Shown: positions 53,974 through 62,961 of the stretch, one piece after another | Layout: the number at the start of each line of letters is the position of its first letter | How positions within the stretch are numbered: position 1 is the first letter of the stretch | Source of the DNA: Thermoplasmata archaeon | GTDB taxonomy: Archaea; Thermoplasmatota; Thermoplasmata; Thermoplasmatales; ARK-15 | Direction of reading: 5' to 3' | NCBI GenBank assembly: GCA_023261755.1 | Contig: JAGDXS010000028.1 | Coordinates: 13,743 to 77,742, forward strand | DNA length: 64,000 bases | Notes under the pieces: model-generated | What the model was told of the DNA's origin: nothing | Databases searched by the model: none | Seen by the model: only the letters and a program-made list of their open reading frames with translations | Program-made: the position numbers and the translations under genes

Positions 53974-54255
53974 ATGGATTTAGTAAAGGAACTAAAAAAA
54001 GCAATAGAAACTGGAAAAGTATATTACGGTCTTGATCAGGCCAGAAAGGCACTTAGAAAAAATGAGGCAAAGGTATTCATTGTTGCAAAAAACTGTCCGG
54101 ACGAAGGGTTTAAAGGTCAGAAGATAGAGAATGTAAAGATAATACCATTTCAAGGAAATTCAAATGAGCTTGGTTCCATTTGTGGAAAATTGTTTGACAT
54201 TTCAGTTGTTACAATAGTGGATCCAGGCGAATCAGCTTTCCAGAAAGATCAGTGA
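53974..54255 (+). CDS. rpl30e: ribosomal protein eL30 (L30e)
   Basis: 93 aa with the G(K)VYYGLDQARKAL pattern, in the conserved position after rpoA''. Confidence 0.8.
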   Translation: MDLVKELKKAIETGKVYYGLDQARKALRKNEAKVFIVAKNCPDEGFKGQKIENVKIIPFQGNSNELGSICGKLFDISVVTIVDPGESAFQKDQ

Positions 54256-54261
54256 ATAAAT

Positions 54262-54687
54262 ATGGGAACTATCAAGATAGATGAAAATATGCTTAGATAT
54301 ATTTCTACTTTTTACCAAGCGACTGGAGTTGATGTTTTAGACATAGCAGAGGATGATGAAAACATATTTTTTATTATTTATCCAGGATCATTAAGGAAGG
54401 CAATAGCTAATAATGGTGAGAACATAAAAAAATTGAAGGAAAAGCTCGGTAAAAATATTATAATTGTTGAGTACAGCGATGATCCTCATAGATTCATATA
54501 CAACCTATTTTATAGATTCAATGTAAAAGAAGTAAACATAGATAAAATAGATGATGAGATGCGGGTATCAGTAAAGGTAGATCCTGGTCAGAAAGCCAGG
54601 GCCATAGGAAAAAATGGGAGAAATTTAAGGGTTACGAAGGACATACTTTCAAGGCATTTCAAGGTTACAAGCCTTTTAATTAAATAA
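54262..54687 (+). CDS. nusA: archaeal NusA-like protein (two KH domains)
   Basis: 141 aa with the KH GxxG-like motif AIGKNGRNL, in the conserved operon position. Confidence 0.8.
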   Translation: MGTIKIDENMLRYISTFYQATGVDVLDIAEDDENIFFIIYPGSLRKAIANNGENIKKLKEKLGKNIIIVEYSDDPHRFIYNLFYRFNVKEVNIDKIDDEMRVSVKVDPGQKARAIGKNGRNLRVTKDILSRHFKVTSLLIK

Positions 54688-55393
54688 TTTTCATATTTTT
54701 TAATGCATCTTTAATTATTAAACCATGATCAAATGCTAGATCTGGTAATTTATTTAAATTGAATAATCTAATTTCAGAAGCATCATCACCAGCTTTTGGT
54801 GTACCTTCAATTTTTTCAATAAGGTATGCTATTGATATTGTATGCCCACGTGGATCCCTATCGGGTGATGAATATATTCCAACAATGGAAAGGATTCTTA
54901 TTTCAATTGAAATCTCCTCCCTAATTTCCCTTGTGATCGCTTCTTCAACAGTTTCACCATATTCCACAAAGCCACCAGGAAGGGCGTATTTATCTTTGAA
55001 AGGATCATTTTTTCTTTTTATTAATAATATTTTATTACTTTCTATCAAAACACCATCCACAGCTATTGAAGGAACCTTATACGGCCTTTTAATATAATAG
55101 GATAGAACATCGTTGTATTTCTCATATGTTTCCATGAGCTCTTTTCCAAAATCTGTTAATTTTGTTTCACCTCTTGGACTTCCTCCTCTTTTTGTTTCTA
55201 TTATTTTTTTCCCCAAGCGTTCTTCCACTTCCCTTATCTTTCCCCATCCATTTCTATAAGACATATTAAGTTCATTAACAGCTTTAGAAAGATTTTCAAA
55301 AATGGAGATATTTTTCAGGAGAAGATATAAACCTTCACCCATCACATAATTTCCCTTTTCATCCTCAAACCAAAATCTGAATTTAGGTATCAT
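54680..55393 (-). CDS. fusion protein: ModE/LysR-like winged-helix domain plus NUDIX hydrolase domain
   Basis: The N-terminus (LSKAVNELNMSYRNGWGKIREVEERLGKKIIETKRGG..GETKLT) looks like a ModE N-terminal wHTH. The C-terminal Nudix box GGFVEYGETVEEAITREIREEISI keeps the REIREE core. Confidence 0.7.
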   Translation of the reverse strand: MIPKFRFWFEDEKGNYVMGEGLYLLLKNISIFENLSKAVNELNMSYRNGWGKIREVEERLGKKIIETKRGGSPRGETKLTDFGKELMETYEKYNDVLSYYIKRPYKVPSIAVDGVLIESNKILLIKRKNDPFKDKYALPGGFVEYGETVEEAITREIREEISIEIRILSIVGIYSSPDRDPRGHTISIAYLIEKIEGTPKAGDDASEIRLFNLNKLPDLAFDHGLIIKDALKNMKII

Positions 55394-55472
55394 TATTATT
55401 GCATGAAACTTCTTATTAAAAAAATTTTTGAATACATAAAAATATTAAACCATGTAATAATAACGTGGTAAA

Positions 55473-56555
55473 ATGCCCACCATTGATGAAGAAATAAAAG
55501 AGATTGAGGAAGAAATACGCAAAACTCAATATAATAAGGCTACTGAACATCACATAGGAAGATTAAAGGCAAAGTTGGCAAAGCTTAAAGAATTAAAGGA
55601 GACAGCAAAGAAATCATCAGGCACCCTGCCTGGAGTTAAAAAAACTGGAAATGCAATGGTATCGCTTGTAGGATTCCCCAGCGTTGGAAAAAGCACATTA
55701 TTCAATGAGCTTACAAATGCCAATAGCGAAGTTGGAGACTATGATTTCACAACAATTAATGTTATACCAGGCATAATGGAATACAAAGGTGCAAAAATTC
55801 AAATTTTGGATCTTCCAGGTCTGATAGAAGGTGCAGCTAAAGGTCGAGGAAGAGGTAAAGAGGTACTTAGCATTGTTAGAAATTCCGATCTTATTATGGT
55901 AGTTACTGATGTTTCAAATCCAGATCCTGAACCTTTAATAAGGATGCTCCATGAGGCCGGAGTTAGATTAAATAAGAGAAGACCAAGGCTTTTTCTTGTT
56001 AAAAAGGACAGGGGTGGATTAAACATCCAGAAAACTGTTTCAATAGACATAGATGATGATCTTATAGAATCAATATTAAGGGAATTCAGAATAGTAAATG
56101 CTGATCTTATAATAAGAGACAAAATAGATATTGACGATTTAATAGATTTCCTTTCGGGAAACAAGGTTTACATACCTGGAATTTTCATCTTAAACAAGAT
56201 AGATGAACAGAAAGATTTCAAGAATGAATTTAAAGTATTAAATGAAAAATACGGTTTCATTCCAATTTCAGCAAAGGAAAAGATAAATTTAGATATGCTA
56301 AAGGAAGGAATTTATGACGCCCTAGATTTCATTACAATTTATCTTCAACCTCCAAATAAGGAAAAGGAAACAATGGTAATAAAAAGATATTCCACTGTTG
56401 AAATGGTCTGCAGGGCCATACACAAAGATTTTGTTAAAAATTTTAGATATGCTATAGTTAACGGTCCTAGTGCAAGATATCCAAACCAGAGAGTTGGTTT
56501 GGATCATGTTCTTGAAGAAAATGATACTATTTCAATTTATATTAGGAAAAATTAA
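55473..56555 (+). CDS. DRG/OBG-family GTPase with C-terminal TGS domain
   Basis: G1 motif GFPSVGKST, G3 motif DLPG, the NKID motif, and a TGS-like end. Confidence 0.85.
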   Translation: MPTIDEEIKEIEEEIRKTQYNKATEHHIGRLKAKLAKLKELKETAKKSSGTLPGVKKTGNAMVSLVGFPSVGKSTLFNELTNANSEVGDYDFTTINVIPGIMEYKGAKIQILDLPGLIEGAAKGRGRGKEVLSIVRNSDLIMVVTDVSNPDPEPLIRMLHEAGVRLNKRRPRLFLVKKDRGGLNIQKTVSIDIDDDLIESILREFRIVNADLIIRDKIDIDDLIDFLSGNKVYIPGIFILNKIDEQKDFKNEFKVLNEKYGFIPISAKEKINLDMLKEGIYDALDFITIYLQPPNKEKETMVIKRYSTVEMVCRAIHKDFVKNFRYAIVNGPSARYPNQRVGLDHVLEENDTISIYIRKN

Positions 56556-56821
56556 TGTTTTATTATAAATTTATTCAAATTTTCTGGCTTTTCCCATGTT
56601 ACTTTTACTTCTGCAACATTTGCAAGTGGATGCGTTGTTCTACAAATTTCTATTAATTCCTCAATCCTGTTTTTTTCACCCTCGAAGACTGCTTCAACAT
56701 CCCCATTGGCGAGATTTCTTACCCATCCATTTACTCCCAATTTTTCAGCATTTTCCTTTACAAATGCTCTGAAGTAGATGCCCTGTACGTGACCAACAAA
56801 TATGACATGAGCTCTATCCAT
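56552..56821 (-). CDS. acyP: acylphosphatase
   Basis: VGHVQGIYFR and GWVRNLANGDVE motifs. The start was trimmed to ATG (rc 56819-56821). Confidence 0.85.
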   Translation of the reverse strand: MDRAHVIFVGHVQGIYFRAFVKENAEKLGVNGWVRNLANGDVEAVFEGEKNRIEELIEICRTTHPLANVAEVKVTWEKPENLNKFIIKH

Positions 56822-56879
56822 ATTTACAGTTATGAAATTTAACAATAAAAATTTATACACTTTTTCTTTATACTTTAAT

Positions 56880-57797
56880 ATGGCAAAGTATCTTGTAACT
56901 GGTGGGGCAGGTTTTATAGGGTCTAATTTAGTTCATAAGCTAATCAAATCTGGTCATGATGTAACCGTGGTGGATAGCCTCCATACAGGTTCAAAAAATT
57001 TAATTTCAGATCTAAATGTTAATTTTTACCAAATGCGTGTTGATGAATATTTCCATGAGAGAATGTGGAAAGATTTTGATGGCATATTCCATTTGGGCAA
57101 GCCATCATCAACACCAATGTATAAGGAAAATAGAGAGAAAATAAATGAAAGTGTAAATGGGACAGTAAGTGTTCTTGAGATGGCAAAGGAGATGAATGCA
57201 AAGCTTGTCACCGCATCATCAAGTTCACTATACAATGGTTTAGAACCACCTCACAAGGAATCTATGATAATACAACCAACAGATTTTTATACGGAAGCAA
57301 GATTGATAGAAGAAAGGCTTGCCAAAGTATATGAAGATCTCTATGGTATAAAATGGAATGCTATGAGATTTTTTTCCGTATATGGACCAAGAGAAGAATA
57401 CAAAAAAAATTTTGCCAATTTGATTTCACAGTTTATATGGTCATTCAATAGAAATGAAAGACCAGTAATTTATGGTGATGGTTCACAAAAAAGAGACTTC
57501 ATTTTTATTGATGATGTTGTAAATGCCCTTATCTTGGCTATGAAATCTAACCATAATGGAATTTTTAATGTTGGAACAGGAAAATCATATTCTCTAAACG
57601 ATGTAATAAAAATATTAAAAAATAAGATGGGAAAAGATATAGAACCTAGGTACATAGAAAACCCTGTTAAGAATTACGTCATGGTTACTTTAGCTGATAC
57701 TAGCAAATCAAAAAAATATTTAAATTTCGAGGCGAAAATGAACATTGAAAATGGCATTGAAAATACTATTAATTATTACAAAGGGTTGAATTTTTAA
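56880..57797 (+). CDS. NAD-dependent sugar-nucleotide epimerase/dehydratase (SDR extended family)
   Basis: VTGGAGFIGSNL and a YxxxK-type centre. The start was trimmed to ATG 56880. Confidence 0.8.
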   Translation: MAKYLVTGGAGFIGSNLVHKLIKSGHDVTVVDSLHTGSKNLISDLNVNFYQMRVDEYFHERMWKDFDGIFHLGKPSSTPMYKENREKINESVNGTVSVLEMAKEMNAKLVTASSSSLYNGLEPPHKESMIIQPTDFYTEARLIEERLAKVYEDLYGIKWNAMRFFSVYGPREEYKKNFANLISQFIWSFNRNERPVIYGDGSQKRDFIFIDDVVNALILAMKSNHNGIFNVGTGKSYSLNDVIKILKNKMGKDIEPRYIENPVKNYVMVTLADTSKSKKYLNFEAKMNIENGIENTINYYKGLNF

Positions 57798-57820
57798 ATA
57801 AGTAACGTATTCAAGTATTC

Positions 57821-59842
57821 ATGGAAGAGAAAACGGTATGCCCTTACTGTGGAGTAGGCTGCAATGTTATTGTGATCTCGGATAGAAAGAGAATATTAAA
57901 CATAGTCCCATCAAAAAGGGAAGATATAAATTATGGAACATTGTGTATAAAAGGATGGAAAGGGTTCTATTATGTTCAAAATGATAAGAGGCTAAAAAAG
58001 CCATTAAAAAAAGTGAATGACAATTTTGTAGAAATTTCATGGGAAGAGGCTATTGATCTTGTTGTAAAAAATCTTAAAAATATCATGGATAAGTACGGTC
58101 CTGGTGCACTCGCATTTCAGGCCAGTGCTAAATGTACAAATGAAGATAATTATCTCATGCAAAAACTTGCTAGACAGGTATTCCATACAAACAATGTAGA
58201 TCATTGTGCAAGAAGCTGCCATGCAAGCACTATAGAGGGACTAATATCCACTTTTGGAAGTGGTGCTATGACCACATCAATAAGGGATATTAACAATGCT
58301 GATCTATATTTTGTAATAGGATCAAATACCACAGAGCAGCATCCCATAATAGGGTCAAGGATAATAAATAATGTTAGAAATGGTAAAAAGCTAATAGTTG
58401 CGGACCCAAGAAAAATACAACTGACAAATTTTGCAAACATTCATTTAAGGCATATACCTGGCACTGATCTTGCTCTTCTAAATTCGATTGCCTATGTAAT
58501 AATTGATAAGGGCCTGTATGATAAAAAATTCATTGAGGAGAGAACTGATGGATTTGAGGAATTTAAGCAAATAGTTGAATTTTATGATCCTGATAGGGCC
58601 TCTAGGATAACTGGTGTTGAACCAGAATTAATAGAAAAGGCAGCAGTAATGTACGCTTCATCAAAATCCATAATCTTTTATGCCATGGGAATTACTCAGC
58701 ATACGCAGGGAACTGAAAATGTACAAGCTATAGCGAACCTTGCCATGCTCACAGGCAATGTAGGTAAATCTGGCACAGGTGTTGCACCCCTGAGAGGCCA
58801 TAATAATGTGCAGGGTTCAAGTGATATGGGTGCACTGTGTGATTTTTTGCCAGGGTATAGAAGAGTGTACGATGACCAGGGCAGAGCAATTTTTGAAAAT
58901 GCATGGAATTGTAAAATTTCTTCTAAACCAGGGGTTTCATTAACAGAAATGTTTGAATATGCATTGGATGGAAAGATAAAAGGTATGTACATCATGGGTG
59001 AAAATCCAGTTCTTTCCGAACCTGAAAATGATAAAATAAAAATGGCTCTTTCAAAGCTTGATTTCCTCGTTGTTCAGGACATATTCATGACGGAAACTGC
59101 AGAATATGCTGACGTAATACTTCCAGCTTACAGTTTTGCAGAAAAATTGGGAACATTTACAAATACTGAGAGAAGAATTCAATTAATTAGACCTTTTATG
59201 GATCCTCCAGGAAATGCTAGAAATGATTGGGAAATATTTCAGCTCATAGCGGGAAAAATGGGATATACCTGGGAATACAAAAATTCTGAGGATATAATGA
59301 ATGAAATATCATCTCTCGTGCCACAGTATAAGGGCGTTAATTATAAATGCCTTGAAAATGGTGGTGTACAATGGCCTGTTATCAATTGCCAATCAACAGA
59401 AATCATGCATAAGGAAAAATTCACAATTGGCAAAGGTAAATTCAAGCCAGCATACTGGGAAAAACCATTGGAATTTTATGATGAAGAATATCCTTTCATA
59501 TTAACAACAGGAAGGATCTATTACCAATTTCATACAGGTACAATGACGAGAAAGATCAACATTCTTGAGAGGGAAGCTCCGGAAGCTTTCGTGGAAATAA
59601 ACACTGATGATGCAAAATCTTTAGGAATTAGAAACAATGAAGTAATAAAATTAATATCAAGGCACGGTAGCCTCGATGTTAAGGCAAGAGTGACGGACAT
59701 TGTCCCTAGGGGTATAGTATTTATGCCTTTTCATTATTATGAGGCATCTGTTAACAAAATAACTAATTCAAATCTTGATCCTACAGCCAAAATTCCAGAG
59801 TTGAAGGTAACCGCGGTAAGAATAGAGAGGTGTTCAGCATGA
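57821..59842 (+). CDS. fdhA: formate dehydrogenase alpha subunit (molybdo/tungstopterin oxidoreductase), Cys-type
   Basis: The N-terminal 4Fe-4S motif is CPYCGVGC...C. The active-site region reads VDHCARSCHAS, with Cys and no in-frame TGA. MGD-binding motifs are present. Confidence 0.8.
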   Translation: MEEKTVCPYCGVGCNVIVISDRKRILNIVPSKREDINYGTLCIKGWKGFYYVQNDKRLKKPLKKVNDNFVEISWEEAIDLVVKNLKNIMDKYGPGALAFQASAKCTNEDNYLMQKLARQVFHTNNVDHCARSCHASTIEGLISTFGSGAMTTSIRDINNADLYFVIGSNTTEQHPIIGSRIINNVRNGKKLIVADPRKIQLTNFANIHLRHIPGTDLALLNSIAYVIIDKGLYDKKFIEERTDGFEEFKQIVEFYDPDRASRITGVEPELIEKAAVMYASSKSIIFYAMGITQHTQGTENVQAIANLAMLTGNVGKSGTGVAPLRGHNNVQGSSDMGALCDFLPGYRRVYDDQGRAIFENAWNCKISSKPGVSLTEMFEYALDGKIKGMYIMGENPVLSEPENDKIKMALSKLDFLVVQDIFMTETAEYADVILPAYSFAEKLGTFTNTERRIQLIRPFMDPPGNARNDWEIFQLIAGKMGYTWEYKNSEDIMNEISSLVPQYKGVNYKCLENGGVQWPVINCQSTEIMHKEKFTIGKGKFKPAYWEKPLEFYDEEYPFILTTGRIYYQFHTGTMTRKINILEREAPEAFVEINTDDAKSLGIRNNEVIKLISRHGSLDVKARVTDIVPRGIVFMPFHYYEASVNKITNSNLDPTAKIPELKVTAVRIERCSA

Positions 59843-60750
59843 TGTTCAAAATATCTAAGAAAAATTTTCAAAATTATGTGGATTTTCTTATTGGTAAATA
59901 TGAAGTATGGGGCCCAAAAAAAATAGGTAGTGATTATGTTTTCTCAAAATTAAATAATGGTCAAGAATTTGAAGATGTGAGAACAGTTCTTAGCCCCAAG
60001 GATCTCATATATCCTCCAAATGAAAAATTATTTGAAGACAATTTTAAAGAAATTATTGTTTTAGGTGTGAAATCCTGCGATTATAGGGCATTTAAGATGC
60101 TGGATGATGTTCTTGGCATTGACTCTAACTATTCAATGAGGAGAAGAGTTGTGCACATGTTCAATTTTGTGTGCACTGAACCTTGCAAGTTTGGCTTTTG
60201 CACTACATTTTACGGGCCAAGACTAGAAGAATATGAAATGCAGTTCACTGATATAGGTGATTATTACCTAATTGAAACAAATGATTTAAGATTTGTAAAT
60301 GATCTTTTTGAAAAAGCAAGTGACGATGATCTTAAAATTGCATTAGAAAAATCAAAAAATGTTTATAAAAAAATGCAGAAATTGAATATGGATAAATTAA
60401 GTGAAAAAATTGGGTGGGAAAATCCACTTTGGAAAGAATTTTCACAAAGATGTATTTCATGTGGTGCTTGCAATTTTGCATGCCCAACATGCTTTTGCTT
60501 CGATGTGTATGATGAAAATGATAGATATAGAGAGTGGGACTCATGCATACTTGCAGGATTTTCAAAACTTGCTGGAAATGCAAATCCAAGGCCAACACTT
60601 GACCTCCGCTTAAGACAGAGATTCTTGCACAAGCTAAAATTCCATTATGAAAATTTTAATTATTATCTCTGCACTGGGTGCGGAAGATGCATCGAAATAT
60701 GCCCAGTAAATATTGACATAAGAGATGTTATAAGGAGCGTGAATCCATGA
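59839..60750 (+). CDS. Fe-S electron-transfer subunit, sulfhydrogenase beta (HydB) / AsrA-like
   Basis: Two ferredoxin-type cysteine motifs: CISCGACNFACPTC and CTGCGRCIEICP. I prefer ATG 59839 (ATGA overlap with the fdhA stop) over the track's GTG 59830. Confidence 0.7.
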   Translation: MMFKISKKNFQNYVDFLIGKYEVWGPKKIGSDYVFSKLNNGQEFEDVRTVLSPKDLIYPPNEKLFEDNFKEIIVLGVKSCDYRAFKMLDDVLGIDSNYSMRRRVVHMFNFVCTEPCKFGFCTTFYGPRLEEYEMQFTDIGDYYLIETNDLRFVNDLFEKASDDDLKIALEKSKNVYKKMQKLNMDKLSEKIGWENPLWKEFSQRCISCGACNFACPTCFCFDVYDENDRYREWDSCILAGFSKLAGNANPRPTLDLRLRQRFLHKLKFHYENFNYYLCTGCGRCIEICPVNIDIRDVIRSVNP

Positions 60751-61523
60751 ATCCTATGCTTCCTTTAAAATCAAAGATTCTTGATTTATGGGACGAAACG
60801 GATGATATTAAATCATTTCTTATTGAAGATGTTATTAACAAGAAACCTTTGCCCGGACAGTTTTATGAACTTTCCTTAAGTGGCCTTGGTGAAGTTCCAA
60901 TTTCCTTTGCAAGTTGGGAGGATGGTCTTCTTTTTAGCATAAAGAGAGCTGGTAAAATAACTGAATACTTGCATAGAATGAAAAAGAATGATGAAATAGG
61001 AATTAGAGGGCCATATGGCAAGGGATTTCCCATCACAGATAAATTTAAAGTACTTATTGCCGGAGGCATAGGATTACCACCTGCAAGATCTGTAATAGAG
61101 CACTCTCTTTCCAATAGTGATAATAAAATACAACTTCTTTATGGCGCGAGATCACCTAGAGATCTTGTTTACAAGGAATTATTGAATGAATGGAAGAAAA
61201 AATTTGATGTCAAGATTACTGTTGATGTTGCAGATGATAATTGGTCAGGCCATGTGGGTGTAGTAACAAAAATATTCAATTATATTAAAAATACAGATTC
61301 ATTCTTTTACATTATAGGGCCAACAATAATGATGAAATTCGCAGTCATGGAACTTAAAAAAATGAATGTGCCTGATGAAAATATTTTCCTTTCAATGGAA
61401 AGGAGAATGAAATGCGGTATTGGAATATGCGGTCATTGTAATATAGGTAAATATTATGTTTGCAAGGATGGTCCTGTGTTTAATTATTCTTTGATAAAAG
61501 ATATTCCAGAATTGTTTTTCTAA
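60747..61523 (+). CDS. FAD/NAD(P)-binding plus 2Fe-2S subunit, sulfhydrogenase gamma (HydG) / PyrK / AsrB-like
   Basis: GxGxxP-type motif AGGIGLPP, C-terminal CGIGICGHC...C cluster motif, and an ATGA overlap with the upstream gene. Confidence 0.7.
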   Translation: MNPMLPLKSKILDLWDETDDIKSFLIEDVINKKPLPGQFYELSLSGLGEVPISFASWEDGLLFSIKRAGKITEYLHRMKKNDEIGIRGPYGKGFPITDKFKVLIAGGIGLPPARSVIEHSLSNSDNKIQLLYGARSPRDLVYKELLNEWKKKFDVKITVDVADDNWSGHVGVVTKIFNYIKNTDSFFYIIGPTIMMKFAVMELKKMNVPDENIFLSMERRMKCGIGICGHCNIGKYYVCKDGPVFNYSLIKDIPELFF

Positions 61524-61563
61524 TTACAAAATTTTAAAATATCCTTCATTTTTATGTGTTTTC

Positions 61564-62961
61564 ATGGATGTGGATGTTTTAAATAAATTGAGGGATATTG
61601 TTGGAGAAAAGCATGTTTTGAATAAAAAAGAGGATTTGATTCCATACATGAAGGATGCTTCTTTCTTTGAAGGTGCTGAACCAATAGCTGTTGTACTTCC
61701 TGGAAATGTTGATGAAGTTTCAAAAATAATGAAATTCTGCAATGATAATTTAATACCTGTTGTTGTAAGAGGTGGTGGATCCTCCTTAACAGGTTCTTCA
61801 ATTTTGAAGGGGGAGGGCATTATACTTAGCATGGCAAGATTTGATAAAATTCTTGATTTAAGTGTCGAAGATAGGTATGTTATCGCTGAAGCAGGAGTAA
61901 AGCTAGATGTCCTTAATTCATATCTTAATAAATATGGATTCTTTTACCCACCAGATCCTGCTAGCTCCATATCTGCAACTGTAGGTGGATCTATAAATAC
62001 AAATGCGGGTGGCCTCAAGGCTGCAATGTACGGAGCAACAAAGGAATGGGTACTCGGCCTTGAAGTGGTTCTTACTGACGGAACAATAATACAAACAGGT
62101 GGGAAAGTATTGAAAAGATCAATAGGATATGATTTAACTGCCCTATTTATTGGAAGTGAGGGTACATTGGGTGTAATAACAAAGGCAATTTTAAAAATCA
62201 CAGCTCTTCCTGAGAAATATGGCAGGATAATGGTATATTATAAGTCAATATCAGAGGCTGGAAGAGCAATAGCAAATTTAAAAAATAAAGGTATTACACC
62301 TCTGATTGCAGAGTTCATGGACAAGATATCCATGGATTCTATTACCCATGTTCATGGATTAAAATTCCCAGAAAATGCTGAATATCTTCTCCTTATAGAT
62401 ATTTCTTCAACAGAAGAATCACTTGATAGAAAATTAAAAGATGCATATGATATAATAAGTAAAACTGATAATATTGGAATTAAAATCACCACAGACAAGA
62501 ATGAGATGGATGCAATGTATCAGGCCAGAAAAGGCCTATATTCATCGCACCTAAATGAAAGATCTTCGCCCAATGAATATGTTGTTATAGCTGACATTGT
62601 CGTTCCAACATCAAAATTACCAGATTCTCTAAAAGAAATAAAAAATAAAATTGAGGAATATAATCTAAAAGTAGCTCTTTTTGGTCATATAGGTGATGGT
62701 AATATCCATGCTAATATATTTGCAAATATAAATGATAAAAATCACATGGAAAGAGTAAATGCATTTATGATGGACCTTGGCCGTATAGCTCTAGAACATG
62801 AAGGCTCAGTATCTTCAGAACATGGTATTGGAATGGAAAAAATTGACCTCTTAAAGGAAGAGTTTAAATTTAAAAAATCTGAAAGGAACCTGGATATAAT
62901 GAAATCTATAAAAAATATTCTTGATCCAAATAATATTCTGAACAGGGGGAAACTGTTCTAA
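61564..62961 (+). CDS. FAD-linked oxidase (GlcD / D-lactate dehydrogenase family)
   Basis: FAD-binding PCMH-type motifs RGGGSSLTG and GISATVGG-like, plus the C-terminal HGIG. Confidence 0.8.
   Translation: MDVDVLNKLRDIVGEKHVLNKKEDLIPYMKDASFFEGAEPIAVVLPGNVDEVSKIMKFCNDNLIPVVVRGGGSSLTGSSILKGEGIILSMARFDKILDLSVEDRYVIAEAGVKLDVLNSYLNKYGFFYPPDPASSISATVGGSINTNAGGLKAAMYGATKEWVLGLEVVLTDGTIIQTGGKVLKRSIGYDLTALFIGSEGTLGVITKAILKITALPEKYGRIMVYYKSISEAGRAIANLKNKGITPLIAEFMDKISMDSITHVHGLKFPENAEYLLLIDISSTEESLDRKLKDAYDIISKTDNIGIKITTDKNEMDAMYQARKGLYSSHLNERSSPNEYVVIADIVVPTSKLPDSLKEIKNKIEEYNLKVALFGHIGDGNIHANIFANINDKNHMERVNAFMMDLGRIALEHEGSVSSEHGIGMEKIDLLKEEFKFKKSERNLDIMKSIKNILDPNNILNRGKLF

Noticed and set aside
58200-58230. 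Possible selenocysteine in the formate dehydrogenase active site
   Set aside because: The ORF is uninterrupted, and the position reads Cys (ARSCHAS) with no in-frame TGA.
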